Of a stretch of 64,000 bases of DNA, positions 38,657 through 53,113 are shown piece after piece (position 1 is the stretch's first letter; each line of letters begins with the position of its first letter). This stretch comes from Trichosphaerium sp. ATCC 40318. Lineage: Eukaryota; Protista; Tubulinea. Made by a program: the position numbers and the translations under genes. A model generated the notes under the pieces. The model was not told the origin of the DNA. It did no database searches and saw only the letters and a list, made by a program, of their open reading frames with translations. The stretch lies in NCBI GenBank assembly GCA_038496445.1, contig JALMLS010000142.1, forward strand, positions 1 through 64,000, read 5' to 3'.

Positions 38657-41600
38657 ATGAAATATAGCAGTTTATTGTTTGCTCTCATTGCCTCTGTATT
38701 ATGTACAATTAGATACGTTAACAATAATGGCATGTGTAAAACTCCGATTTAAACAGCAAGCTCTTGTAAGTTTACACACCTGTAGGCGTTGATCAAGGTA
38801 ATTGTACAAGCGGAGCAAGCCCTTGTATGACAATAAAATACGCGCTTCTCGATGTAGCTGAGCCAAGTGATGTAATTAACCTCAGTGAAGGCATTTTCAA
38901 AGGTAAAATCGATCACGTGAAACTAATTCTATAAATATTTACTTAAAACTAAGTGTCGTTGTTTCAGGCGAAGGTAATACCAGGATCGATGTCTTATTTG
39001 GTAAGATTCATAATGTTACGATACGAGGTACGTCGGCCCATTAAATACCCCACCATATTCAAATCATCAGAAAAAAACACACATTAAATTCAACTGCTTT
39101 TTTGGATACCCGAACAGCCCAACGTTTTGGGTTATTACCTATGGGACGGCTTCCCAAAATGGCTATAACGGTTGGAAAACAAATATTATCGGTTCAGAGT
39201 TTTCTGTTGTTTCTAACCGGACTTTAGGTGACCCAAATGGAGGCACAGTCATTGATGGAGAAAATGTGAACTACATGTTTTATCTACATTGGTGTGGGAG
39301 TACTCACTACACGAGCCCCGTATTCAATATGTCTATATTAAACTTTCATGACATTACTTTCACGAGAGCGTTTTATGAATATGAAAACAACAACTTGCCT
39401 GGGCACCATAAGGTACTACACACCAAGGTTTAAGACTGTGTTCTCACTTGTTATGTTAAGAATGATGTGGGTGGTAGTGTTATTTTCGCCAGGGAAAGCT
39501 GTGACTTTACCATGACGTGCGTATATTTTTTGATTTGTTTTTGTAGAAATACAAACTCGTGACTTGATGTGTGTTAACATACTGTATTTTAGCAATTGCA
39601 AAATCATTGAAAACAAACTAGGCCCTTATCTAAACCTGACTTCTGGTGAAATACTCCCCAACAGTAACAGAATAAGAGGTATTTTCCATGTTGTAAGGTC
39701 AAAAATACAGCTTACAAGGTACCGCCAAGTGAAGCTTCACAGTCGGCTTAATCTACTTTTATAGGGTTGATTTCATAAGAAACGTTGCAACGTATAAAAT
39801 AGACGGTGGCATACTATTCCTTGAACGTGTGAACGCGTCTATAACTGATACAACGTTTCAACGTAACTCAGTCAGATTTGGTATGCTTTACTTCATGTCG
39901 CTTAGTTTTTTGTTAAATCTATTTATAGGAACATTATATGCTGTTAATCAAGCCTATCTTACTGTAAAGGATTCTCAGTTTATTAATAATTTTGCTGATG
40001 ATAGAGGAGGTGGTATTTGTATGTCTTTAATACAGTAACATTCAAGTAACTAATTTGTAGATGTTCTTAACATTAGAGAAGATACCGAAGTGTTAGTACA
40101 AAATTCACTATTTGCGGACAACAGGGTGCGCATTGCTGGTGGAGGTATCAATAACATCTTCGATTTATAAAACGCATTAATTACCCGTAAGGAATGGAGC
40201 TTAGTAGCACAAGAGATAGTCGTGTGGTTGTAGAAGGATGCACTTTTAAGTACGCTGCTGTAGATTTTGTTCCAGCTTAAGTTTGTATTAGGAACAACTC
40301 TGTTCTTAATGAAGGTTCACAAGGAGGTGGTGTGCGTATTACTAACCAAGTCAATGACGTAAAGATACTTTCAAGCACCTTCGATGGAAATAGAGCAGAG
40401 TTTGGAGGAGGTCTAGCGAACGTATCACCTAACAATAACGTCACAATTGAAGGTTGTACTTTTGTAAATAACGAAGCAAAGAAAGGCGGAGGAGTTTTTA
40501 TCGACACAATTCGAGATAAGAATCGAATAGACAACTGTCAGTTTAAACAAAATACAGCGGAATTAGGAGGTGGTATATTTATGACAGATGGGGCAGTCAA
40601 TAATTGTACTTTTGACGCCAACACAGATACAGGTTATTACCTTTTTTAAAATTCATCATTCCTCATTGTTTTTTTATTAAGTTGTTTATTAGGGCTTGAA
40701 GCTGAACGTGGAATACTAACTGAATCATTCTTTTATAATTCTGTTATATTTGATGTTGTAGGCGCTTTATCATACCAAAGTGGTACGTGCGATAAGTGAT
40801 ACCAAGTAGAAACTCATAGTACTCTGTTTTTGTTTAACAACAGCTACAGGCAACAAGTTTGTGGAAGGAAATGTTAAGATTGTAAGAGGAACTTGGGAAC
40901 CTACTGAGTCTTTGGATTATAGATTAGTAGTATCAGATACCCGCGTACACATCAAAGCAAAAACTCCATTACGTGTACAATCACAATTGGCAGTAGAAGG
41001 CAACTCCAAATTAGTGGTATTGGATTTTGCAACAAAAACGAAATTCGTTTTTTTTATTGACTCGTTACAGGGTTTTCCTGAAGGTAATGAAACGTTACCT
41101 TCACTTACACTCGATCATAATTCTATATCAACAATTACTCTTGGGTTGTTTGAGGTCATTAATTTGAACGTTATCAATCATGGTATCCTAGACTGTTTTG
41201 TGCCTCTTCGACTGTTAATGGTTTATTTTTAGGTGAGTTCAAAATATCAAGGTTGAATCGAAATCAGATATCATTACTATCCTCTGTGTTCAACAATACG
41301 CATGGATCAATATTCTTTGTGGTACCTAATGTCATAATTCATGGTTACTCATCCATACTTGCGTTTCAAAACGCAACATTCCGTACAAGTGTATGAATTT
41401 TGAATCTTTTTTTTTTCTCGCTCACATCACGTCATAGGGAATTACAAACATTGATGTACCTTTAATTCTTGATGACTCCAGTATTTTTTCTGTTGTTAAA
41501 GGATTCCCAATAAGCTTTAGTAAACCTCCTAAACTCGGTACATCAAACACGTGACTCGTTTTATTTTAACACTACATTGGCTTAACAATACACTTAAGGA

Positions 41601-43253
41601 GGAACACTAAAGATCACAATACCAAAGAATGTCCAAATTCCGAAGCTTGGTGATGTATTCATAGTATTCAGTTGGGACTCTGCTGAGATATCTTCACAAG
41701 TTCAAGGACAATTTCATACAATAGATGCTCAGTTTAAAGCCGAAATAATCATGGACAATAGTACAATGAGTATACGTCATGTCGATAAGATTCGGACACT
41801 TTCTGAGAAAGATTGGGCAAATACTAATGTATGGGTTCTCTTAATAGTCGCTGGTATTGGTATATTATTAACATTTATCATTGTTGGTCTTGTATTCTAC
41901 AATTGGTTCGTTGACAGAAGCAGCCTCTAGCTTTAGTTTATTTTTTACCAGAGTACTTTCTCATTTTTTTATCAAAAATAGGAACAGCGCAGTAATTGTT
42001 GCATCAACAAAAGAGTTCCTTGTTATGATTCTAGTAGGGTCATTGCTGCTATTTATTGGTGTGGTAACTTGGTACGAGCAAACAAAACCTATTTTTTGTA
42101 TTGTAGCACTATTGTGTAACTCTTGTGTTAGGGCCGCGCCAGTAGGTGACATTATATGTGAATTAAGAGTATGGGCACCGTTTTTAGGGTTTGTTCTCAT
42201 ATTTGCGTGCGTACTCTTTGATTTTGTAATATCGCTGTTAATCTTTCTCTATTGACACTAAATTTATACTGAATGTAGGCCATTGGTATCCAAGACTTAC
42301 AGGATACAGAAAATATTCGATAAATCAAACCTTACCGTACATGTTATATCATTCGGCAACATGGTGAATGTAACAGCAGCTATGATAATTATTCAAATTG
42401 TAAGAAAAAAAACAAGACTTTTGTTGAACTAACTCTTTGCTCCTCATCAGATACTACTTATTATATGGTCTGCTGCATCACCAAATAGAAGAGGAATACG
42501 AGTATTGGATTCTAATGATGACTACACAGAAGCTGTGTGTGCAAGCAAGAACAGTTTGATCTTCTTGGTGCTACTTATAATCTACGATGTACGCCTACCA
42601 CACCTTAGTATTCCACAAAGTCACGTGTACTAATTGTATTTTTTGTAAGGGTGTCATACTTATTGCTGGATCGTATCTTGCTTTTGCTGTACGTAGAGTG
42701 CCAGTAATGTACAACGAATCAAAATGGATTGGCGCAACAATTTACAATCTTGCAATATGGGCACTTATTCTACTTCTCCTCGGATTCTCATTAACTTCAT
42801 CTGTATCACATGATAACATATCAACCATTATAGGAACAGCTATTTGGTTCAGTACAACAGGTAAACCACATCAAAACTATAAAGTCAGACAATCGAAGGA
42901 CGACACCAACTAATCTGTCTGTTTAAGTGACCATGATTTTAATCTTTGGGCCGAAGATGTACACACTATTCTTTAACTTAGAGTCATTTAAAAGGTACCT
43001 TAACATCTTTGAGATTTAAGACATAATCTGATGACGTTTCGATAGCAAAAGCTCAAGTGCAACTGGAGTAAACAAACATTCAGTATCTCAAAGAATATCA
43101 TCTCGAAATCTCGGTGGAGTTTCATCTGATAAAACTAGGATTGAAGAATTGGAGAATGAAAACCGTGAGTTGAAAGAAGAGAATATTCAGCTCAAGAAAA
43201 AATGCAGTAAGTTTGCGGGATCAGCAGCTGAAATACAAACAGTGAAAACGTAA
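38657..43253 (+). CDS. Class C (GABA-B/Grl-like) GPCR with a pectin-lyase-like beta-helix ectodomain
   Basis: Signal peptide, then PCMTIKYAL..GEGN, then repeated FxxNxAxxGGGI turns. The 7TM region has ICELRVW, LVSKTYRIQKIF, YNESKWIGATIYN and LIFGPK, followed by a C-terminal coiled coil RIEELENENRELKEEN. Confidence 0.85.
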
Positions 43254-43483
43254 ATGTAAAAACTTGTGAAACAAAAACTCTGTCAGCTGTCCTCTTTGTT
43301 GTAGAATCTGAAGTACAGTACGAAAAAAAACCCAGTAAGCATTGGAAAACCTATTCCTGATTCCAACAGTTTGCTGTGAAGTTACTAGGGCGAACGTGGA
43401 ATACTAACCGTCTCTACCTTGTTATAATTCTGTTATACTACTAAGAAAATAATAAGAATAAACAAACGAGCATACAAAAATGA

Positions 43484-46400
43484 TCAGCACCTCAGATTGC
43501 CTTTAAATTGTCTAAAACTATCTCTAGTGTAGTGTGAACTATACATTGTGCGGCTGCCATGCAACGAAAAACGGCGAAAAAGTATTTTGTCATGTAACCT
43601 TAATGAATCAAGAGCAATAAAAGATGGTCTGCTCTCGTGGTTCTCGCTCCAGCATATCTCCATAAGATGCTTGAGGTTTGGGTCGCAATCCTTTGGAATA
43701 ATTGGTCGTTTTTTTAATCGGCATACGTTATTTTTAAGCTCATGTAAGGTTATCGTCTTTGGCCAAGGCAACTTGCCAGTAGCTAGTTCGTATACGACTA
43801 ATCCAAAAGAATAAACATCACAGCTTTGGTTGTAGGGTTGACCTCTCATCACCTCTGGTGCCATCCACAATGGAGTACCTAGTATAAGTTAGTAGGTTAA
43901 ACATGTAACTTTACGTACCCTGGTTACATGTCATTGCTGTAACGGTTGCACCTCCACTATCAAACGATGCTACCAAGTTCTTAGTCAGTTCTTTGTCAAC
44001 GCCAAAGTCAGTTATCTTAGGGACGAAGTGAGCACCATCATGCATGATCTATTAAAAAACTCAATTAACAGATGGATTTTTTGGAAACAGGCGTTGTTTT
44101 AATACCATAATATTGCTTGATTTTATATCCCCGTGTATAATCTATAATTATATTATTACATGAGGCAAATAGAAAGTACTAAAGAAATACAATTAATAAC
44201 TAAGTCACTTACGCCAATGTGTTCATGAACATAAGTCATCGCTTGAATAATCTTACATATGATAATCTTCTTTTGTTCACGAGTAAAAAGAAAATTCTTG
44301 TCAGTGTATAAATAATAATACAAGTCTCTCCCTGTTCTTGTAAATTAAAAAGGAGATTTTATATTTTTTTGGATATTTTCTTCTTTGTGGTGTGTAGACG
44401 TACCATTCACATATTCCAGAGCCATAGCCGTCGGTTTAATACCATCAAATATGACACCATAAAAGGTGACAATATTTTCGTGATGACATTTGCTGTTGGT
44501 AAAAATTAGCACGTTTTTTTTGCTTGGATTTGTGAAGTGGTTTTTGTGTTGTACGGCCTTACGCTAGTTTTGATAAAAGTTCCGTTTCATCTTGCAAGTA
44601 TGCTACAGTTTCGTTTGATTCAATAGCATTAAAGACCTAACAGTGTCATGTCCCTACTGAAAAAAACAAAAACGTTTGTTTTCGGTCCTGTTAACAAACA
44701 TGTGTCATTACCTTCAAGGCAACCTGAAATTTGCGGCATCCCGGAGCCTTGTATGATACCTTGTAGACCTTAGATGTAGCGCCTGCACCTATTTCGACTT
44801 TGGTATCCATGTCAAAGAACTTTTTGTCCAATTCGTGCTGCCAATACTTAGACTGAAGAGAAGCACAAGCGTGGGCTAGACAATCACGTTAACATATTAA
44901 TTAATTTGGTTTTATCAAAAAAAAACGTGTCTTCTACTTGATGAAACATACAGTTTTTTTCAGGTTTGTCAGCATACTTGCCAACCAAGTTTCGTTTTTC
45001 TTCCTCTGTGAAAACAACAATATCAGCTGGTAACGGATTTTGCTCCACTGTAGCTTTTTGGTCATCCTGGAGCGCAGCCTTTTTATTGCTATTGATGGTT
45101 GGGTGTGCTTTTTTTTTTGTCCTTGCTTGTTCAGCTTTTTGGTAGGCTAAACTGTGAGCTATTAAAAGGGCAGATTTTTCTTCACAAAACAATTCTGCTA
45201 CTTGTAGTGCCGTTTTACCACGATGATTTTTAACTCTAGCATCAGCTCCTATAACAAATTAAACTTGTATAGAAATTACGGCATGCTTTTGTACCATGTA
45301 ATAAATACAACTCAACCATTTCCGGGCACTGCGAGGCAACAGCATAAAATAAAGGAGTTGCTCCAATGTTATTTGCCACATTAATAGAATCATGTTTTGC
45401 AAGAAACCACGCAGCATCTTTCAGTGTGCATCGTGCTGCGACAACATGTAGGATTGTGTTTCCATCTTTAAAAAATGAGGTGATTAGTATACTGTAAGCT
45501 ACAAGAGAACTTACCAGGTGTTGGAAAAGAATTTTCAAATTCTTGCAAATAAGCGACCACATTATTTTCATTCATTTCATCGGTCGCAACTATCGGAGTT
45601 TCTTTTGGTGTCTTTACAGTAGATAAATTTTGTCTCTTAGAATTCGTTGCAGTAGCACAGTATTCAAGAGGCACTCTATTTGAGGATCCACAAACTAACA
45701 AGTTGTAAGTCACGAAATGTAACAAAAGTCGTACCAGATTTGACGTGCACCCATGCAGTGCAGGGTTGTGATTTGACTGGCATTTCCACAGCCAAAAATG
45801 ATTTGCCCGCAATAGTGATAGCAAGTTGCTCTTCTTTTTCAAATGTTATGTGCGCAGTGGCATATGTAACTTGTGTGCCAATTATACATACTATGTATGA
45901 AGAGAATTATCAACAGAATTATGAACTAAGTAAAACACACCTTCTACTTGTTGATTGATCATAATTTTACTTGGGATAATTTTGATTATTGTAGGCGCTT
46001 CAAATACGTCTAGGTATTACTGTAAGATATTGTTTCCAGGCGACTTCGACAAACCACTTACCACACCAATCACCGTCCAGCTTAAAATCAACCTCTTTGT
46101 TAAAAACAACTGTTCCTTTTTTCTATTTTAGTGTTAGCATTTAAATGCCAAATTCAATTGCAAACGCACGTGGATAACAGAGAAGTTAATTTTAGCTCTG
46201 TACGTAATGTGTGGGTCACAATCGATGGTTCTAATACCTACCACGTGTCAATAAAAATACCATTTAAATCGGATTACCCAGCTGTAATTTCTCGAAGATA
46301 GCTTGATTAGTGTGAGCGTTGAAGTTCGCGACAGCGCATACTACACGAAATATGGTTAATCTAGTGTGCAACACAAACGACTTAAAAATTTAAGTTGAAC

Positions 46401-46862
46401 TGAAAAAAAACCTAAAAATGTTTTTCTGTCTTTGATCACGTGTAACAAAATTACCTCGGAATTTTGTTACATGATATTACGTAATTTGCACAAAACGACT
46501 TTTGCTGAAAAATTTGTCTCGACTTAAAAGACTTTTTAGAGCCAAGAAAGATCCACTATTTGGCAAATTTTTGTTTACCTGACTCTTCACCATTGTTTCG
46601 CAGCGAAACGATGCCATTTTCCTGGATGGTGCATTTAGCTATGTAGTTGGAAGAATCTTCACCTGAGGAAAGCTACGCAAGTCAGTACTTAACAATAGTG
46701 TAGGTGTACCGTAAATGTTGGCGGTGGCATGTATTTTGCGTTTTTACATACTTGGTTGTAGCGGAAGTTAACTAAAGTATCAACTGAATCCGTCGTGATG
46801 GAAAATGTGACTATTTGTTTCTGGTACAGAGGGTTGAACCACGGTTGTTGGTTAACCGCCAT
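43484..46862 (-). CDS. Ankyrin-repeat TKL protein kinase; 5' exons (45.6-46.9 kb) uncertain
   Basis: Ankyrin motifs DGNTILH, GATPLFYA and GKTALQ. Kinase motifs IGAGATSKVY, VALK, HGDIKSSN, KITDFG, GTPLWMAPE, DVYSFG and CWSENHESRPSF. Confidence 0.85.
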
Positions 46863-46974
46863 TTGCGATTGAGAAAACTGACTTTCGTTGTACCAGTAAC
46901 TACAACAATCTTACAGCATTTGGTCTCGTATATTCAACGTTCGAAGCAAATTGGTTCGAACACTTTTTGTGTTA

Positions 46975-48320
46975 TGAACGACCGCCTTGACCCGTTACAA
47001 TGTCACGTGGTACAATCAATTATAATAGTAAATCTCTATAACACGCGGACAAGCCGCTTTTAGCCTAGTATTAAACGCTACGTACCAAGAACTTGAAGAA
47101 AGCCTAAATAAACACTCAGCACATTTAAGAGCGTATAGATTGTCTCCTAGTACGTTTTTTTCCAGCCAACAACGGTACACTAACATTCTTCCTAGCAAGA
47201 GAAACTCTCCTACATGCTGCTGCCAACAGAGGTGATGTGAGCGTCATTAATTTATTAATACTCCTTGGATGTTGTTTAGACGCAACAAACAACTTAGGAA
47301 ACACTGCCTTGCACTTTGCATCACTAAAAGGCAACTTTGACGCAGTGGATTGCCTCTTGGATCACGGTACGTTCCCGTTAAAATCCGTGAAGCTGATTTG
47401 TTACAAAAACAGGTGCTGACACCTCTGTCCAGAATATGAAGTGTAAAACCGCGTTGAACATTGCAGTCATACTTGGGAACGATAAAGTGATAACTAGACT
47501 ACGTCAGGGAATGAAAACTCAACTAAGTCAACGAAACATACAAAATTGTTTGCATAAAACACGTGTAAGAAGCACTCCTTCTTTACCCCAACAAATTCTC
47601 TATACACGTTCATGCAAATACTGGGGATTTATAAAGATGCTATCAAGTGGTAGAAGTCTAAATAGTGGGGTATGAGTTTGGAATATCGTATTAACCTAAT
47701 GGCATTTTACTTAGAAAAAAAACCCGAACATACAAGGTAAAAATATACAACAATTTAGTGTGCATCTACAAGGAAATATCAATGAGTACTATTGTGTTAT
47801 TAATAGCAAGGTAAGAAACCTTGGCTACGTTACAAAAGAATACGAATGTACGGAACCTGAAGTGGAAAAACAAAACTTTGTAGTTGCAACACAATCATGC
47901 GAGAATTTTTACAACCAAGGAACCAAGTACACAGCAGAATTATCATTTCTACGTGGTGGCTATTACATCATTTCTATTAACAGAGAAGGTATTACAGACG
48001 CAGTAGTTTATGTAAGAGTTTATAGCAGTCGTGGCGTAAAAGCTGGAAAAGTTTTTGAGCCTATGGTAAAATATGATTCATTCAAAGAAATTAACCAGGT
48101 GTTTGCTGGCGACAAAGATCTGATGCCTTTTACACGTATTACAATTTCTCGCTCTAATACTAAGGAAATGGATTGTGATAATTCCAACCGCAAACGATCA
48201 GCGAATGATGAGTACGATTCCCTTCCAACGTTTGATTTAACTAAAAATGTGTATAGTGCGAACCCAAACCCAAAGAAGCGACCTAACTTACAAGTGCCTC
48301 AAATCATTTCACTAGTTTAA
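46975..48320 (+). CDS. Ankyrin-repeat protein with unknown C-terminal domain (model uncertain)
   Basis: ETLLHAAANRGD, LGNTALHFASLKG and KTALNIAV ankyrin repeats. The downstream 186-aa ORF ends with an NLS-like PKKRP. Confidence 0.55.
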
Positions 48321-48579
48321 ATTAAACCGTTTGTATTGATACTGATTTTAGACAATAAAGTAGAATTTTATAGCGAAAATGTTTCTAAAGCAACTTTTGC
48401 TCAGCTGTATGCGCCACTGGGCAATAACTGTAGGTGCTAACGCAGCGAATTTTGAGTCATTAAATTCTTAAACAAGGCTGTATAATTTAAGTGTGATTGA
48501 GCAATGTTTACAAATGTACATGTGTTTTATTTGTGTATTGTTTTTACTGTCTTCGCAGTTTACCTTCCTCAACTCTTTT

Positions 48580-49420
48580 TTGAAATATTGAATTACATTT
48601 CGTAATATCATCAACGTTTTTAAGACCAGTACCAAGAAGTCTAGCACCACGTGAAACCTAAGTAACAACATCAGAACAACATTCCGTTCTCTGAAAAAAA
48701 AAGAGAGAAAAGTTTTCAAAGCAATAAAGTCGTACGTATATCATCTTCAAGCTCAGGAATACCAACATCAAAGGCATAGTAACTTCTAATATTTCAATAT
48801 CTACAATATCTGATGTAATTGGATCCTTCCATTTTCGTCGTAGAGGATGTTTATGTACAATCTCCATAATTTCTTTTTCAAGTCCCCATAGCTTTTTAAT
48901 ACTTTTTGATTTAAGTACATACCATCCAGATATACCAGACAGACATAAGAAATCAGATGTATTAATTTTAGTCTGACGGTAATAACCCTTAGGTACACCA
49001 CGACGCTTATTTGCAAGAACATCAAATCGATTACAGCTCACTTCTGTGGATAAGTCAAGGTCGTTGTAAACAGCCAACCCACATTCCGCAGGATCATTTG
49101 TTACTGTATCTAGTAAGCTCTGTACTTTTTCTAGTGTATGGCCGACCTGTTACGAGTGTAAACTTCAAAAAATTCAGAAAAAAACAGTTGACGGAATATT
49201 TTTGATTGAGTTGAGTTTTACATGCTATGGTTCCGTAAGTACCTTGGTGCCATCTGTAAGTATGATATACTCAACGCCTTCGGCGATTAAGCGATTTGTG
49301 ATCGTTTTCTCTTCAAAGAGCCAGGAAGCTGCACCGGAAGGGTATTCTGGTAGATCAGGCGACGTACTAGCACACCGAGGCTTTTTGTAAACGCTTGGGA
49401 TCCACACTATTTTGTCTATG
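48580..49420 (-). CDS. Hypothetical protein or degenerate gene
   Basis: Protein-like ORFs at 48658-49077 and 49225-49407 with no recognisable family. Confidence 0.3.
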
Positions 49421-50132
49421 TCGTGCCCGAATCCGTTGTGCTCCTTTAAATACGCCAGTATGGCATGTTTGTTTCTTCCTAAACGAGGAGCTTAGTTTAC
49501 GATTTTTTAAATGTTTTGTACCTGCGCTTAGCGCAATCCGAGTGCCCACTGGCATTAACCGCATGTGATAGCTCATTGAAGTGCATGTTTCAGGTTTATT
49601 GTTTAATTCTACAATAACTTTCGGTTTGCTCTTTCCTAACCGAGTTCCTATGCGTATTAATCAGTATGAGACGTATTTTTAGATGCTTTACAATATTACC
49701 TAGCCCAGCGCACGAAAGTACATATAAAACTGTCTTTGAAGGTGTTAATACTGATACCGTGTTGCTCATATAAGTGTTTGTAAATTATGCAGCAAAGTAT
49801 GCGTAAAGGCCTTTCCCATTCATTGAATACTTTGTCAACGAATTTCAAGTAAACAAATACTCTGTGGTGAAAGTACCGCTCAGAAGCAAGCCTTATAGTA
49901 CTTCCTCTTCTGTTGCATATTTCTCGTAATTTTCTTGCCGAATTACAACAATTAAGGTCTCTGAAGTGCCACGTCAACTGTATGATTTACAAAAAAACAA
50001 GAAAAAAAAGATGCTGCTATATTGGAAAATATTTAGCAAAAAGCTTCATCCAAGTTGAGATAGTTACTACTAAGGTAGGATCTAGCATAAATTGAAATAG
50101 TTCCATATGTGAAGCACAAAATAGCAAGTTTA

Positions 50133-51872
50133 TTAATTCTCGTTGGTTACAACTTTGTTGTATGGTATTTTATGAGCACAAACACCGTTTTTCTTCTGGT
50201 TGGAACAAGAACATCCATCAGGACATACAGCAGGATCAACGTTTTCAACATCCTCCCATCCTACGCAATGATAACAAGTAAGGACATAGTCAGGATCATA
50301 TTTTTTCTTGACAGATAGTAGTTGGTTGTAGGCTTCGATTGAGCCATAGTAACTTATTTGCCAATCCTCATCAGATACAAAGTTATGTTGTGGTTCATTC
50401 CAATATACAAAGTTGTTTATGCCTGTTGGTTTCAATACAGTGTCTGCCCATTTATCAGCCTTTTCTATTAAGTCAGGACGAGGTTTTCCTTTATCGACAT
50501 CCCATCCTACATAACACGTGATAGCGATTGACGCTTTTCTTAAAGCTAGATTTACTGCTGTTTCTTTACCAAGAGGATCAAGCGTACCGCTATAACCTCC
50601 AACAACAGAATTACAGTAGCAACCAATTAAAGCGCCAGGCCATTCTGTATCTGAATAGTCGTTTAACCATTTCGAAATCTTCTCCATCTGACCATCTGTT
50701 TTTAAGTCGACAGCTGTTGACATCATATACATACTAACAGCTCCTCCGACATCGCTATAGTTATTAGCCTTCATAAAGTCGGAGTATGAGTCATGTGTTT
50801 GCTGAACTTTGCATGTAAGAAAGGCACAACCAGGTATTTTCGACAGCGGCTCCAATGCAGTTGTACACTCTTTTGGATCACCTATACAATACGCATCTAT
50901 GGTCACAACAGGAGCACCTGTTTCAGGGTCTATAACAGCGATGAAATAAGCACCAGCATTGTTCGGAGCATCACGCATCCAATCTTGATAAGTGTTCGCA
51001 ATTTCGTCAGTAATGAGGAATCCTCCGTTGAACTCTGTTACAACTCCAGGATCTTCAAATACCTTGAACGTAAGGGAAGTGACGATTCCGAACGGATTTC
51101 CCGAACTCCCTCTCAGCGCTCTGAATAGCTCTGGATGGCTATCAGCTGAAGCGGTTATTGGTGTGCCATCAGCGAGGATTAAATCGATGGATACAATCAA
51201 ATCCGCTCCTAAGCCAACCATTCGTGTCAAACGTCCATGACCACCGCCAAGAGCCCATCCAGCAGGTCCAACAGTTGGATCAGCACCGGTTGAAGCTACT
51301 AAGGTATTGCCACTTTCTTCACCAAGCCAGTTTTGTATTTCGCCCCATGTTTGTCCTAACAATTATTAGCAATTGACAAACAATCGGTCCATTGCTAGCG
51401 TACCTGGTCCAACTTTTATTTGTTTTGCTTCCTCGAATAACTCCTTGTCGTTATATTTCTTCATGAATATAAGAATAGCATCGTCAACAGAGCTTCTAAG
51501 GGTAATGTAAGAACGTTATTTCCTTAAATAATATAGATTATACCTAACATCTTGATGATGTCCTGTGCTCTTTACAGCAATTCTGATATTGTGCTTAACA
51601 GCAAATGCCAAAGTGCTTATAATATCGTCATCGTTCTCGGGTATAACAACAAGAAGAGGTTGTGGAGGACCAGTGCGAAGATTATACGTAAAAATAGAAT
51701 GTTTGTAAAGATCATCTCCTTTTTCGAATACTTCACCTTTGATGGTTGACTTGAACAACTCCACGTCAGTCGTGGTCGGCCATAGATCATCGCCGGGTAG
51801 AGAAAACTCTTTGGCATCTATGATATACAGCGCAAAGAGTATTATTACTGAGATTAAAAGCTGTTGATGCAT
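50133..51872 (-). CDS. Secreted FAD-linked oxidoreductase, berberine-bridge-enzyme-like
   Basis: Signal peptide, VKSTGHH (covalent-FAD His motif), VGPAGWALGGGHG, ELFRALRG, FGIVTS, and a BBE tail YWNE..YYG..YNQLLSVKKKYDP. Confidence 0.92.
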
Positions 51873-52009
51873 TGTTTGTTGTTTGTTTAGCAATATGAAA
51901 AAGTCACGTGATTAAGTCAACATAAACCCGAGTCGGATATTTCTAACGTGAAATTATGCGAGATCACAAAACCGGCCGAATTATGTAGCCGAGCTTTGAT
52001 ACTTTACGG

Positions 52010-52330
52010 AGGTATTCTGCTCCTTTAGAACTACACGCTCTTTAAATAATCGGTTACCCTAGACTTTGTAAAGCTATACTGGTCGGTAATTTAACACACA
52101 AACAGCAGTAGATATCTACAATGATTATATCCTATTGGCGGTAGTAGCACTAAGAATGGTTCAGATAAAATAAAGGCTTGGTCCTTTTGGTATAACGAGC
52201 GGGTAAACGTAAAGCATAATTATGCCACGCGAACCGCCTACATTCGATGAATATGACTATTGTAAGTACACATTTTTGGTTGAATAGGCAGTCCCACAAA
52301 TGCCGAAAGGATGCCATACTTTAGTGTAAT
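52010..52330 (+). pseudogene. Probable decayed F-box/MORN relic
   Basis: Fragments PLELH, KLY, QTAVD and WSFWYNE occur in the same order as in the intact 19062-19904 and 14402-15093 proteins, with several frameshifts. Confidence 0.35.
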
Positions 52331-53113
52331 TAAAAAAACCTCACTCTGGTTGGATAGTGGCTGCGCTGTTGTAATTAATACGATAGATTGCATGTCGAAA
52401 ATTTATAGAAAGAAAGGAAAGCACCAAAAATATAGCAACGTTCTTTATTTTGTAGATTACACGTGCTAATTATTTGCATGTTTAAACCACCCCTACTGGA
52501 CAAATATGAGATCAAGCGACCAAACAAAGCATTTTCGGAAAGAACCCGTGCAAGTAAAGTGCAGCGTAGCACTTGAAAGTCCTCTTGCTTGTAGTCTTTT
52601 CTTTGTTGAATCTGGTTTTTTTCCAACAGCTAGAATTACATTTATGCCTTGTAATGAGCATTTCACAGTAGAAATCGCGTAGGATTTAATACTAAGTGCC
52701 AGACACTGCCACAAATTAGTTTGTTGAGTTTAAACATTCTTAGCTAACACATAACTTGCGCATTACACAAGTAGAAACATGTATACTACTTCTCTGGATA
52801 CAAAGTTACGAAAACAGTGAACTTCCCTTTACCGTGTCATTATATTTAATTTGGATTCTTAGGAGGCTGAATCCATCCGGTTTAAGGATTCAGTTGACGA
52901 TGTCACAAGATACTCTCTAACAGAAACTCACGTGGAGAAAAAAAACGTGATTAATAGGAGATGTAAGTGGATTGCGCTTGTTCTTCGTAAAAGATCCGAA
53001 AGTGCTACGTTTATAAAGTATAAAGGCCTTGCACAGTGACTGTTTGTTACAATCACAATCTGATCTCGGCCGATTTTTTTCGGTCGTTATAAATTCATTG
53101 GCGTACACTCAAT

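Noticed and set aside
52864-52895. Hairpin CTGAATCC..GGATTCAG as a possible ncRNA
   Set aside because: Only a short stem with no recognisable RNA family motifs.
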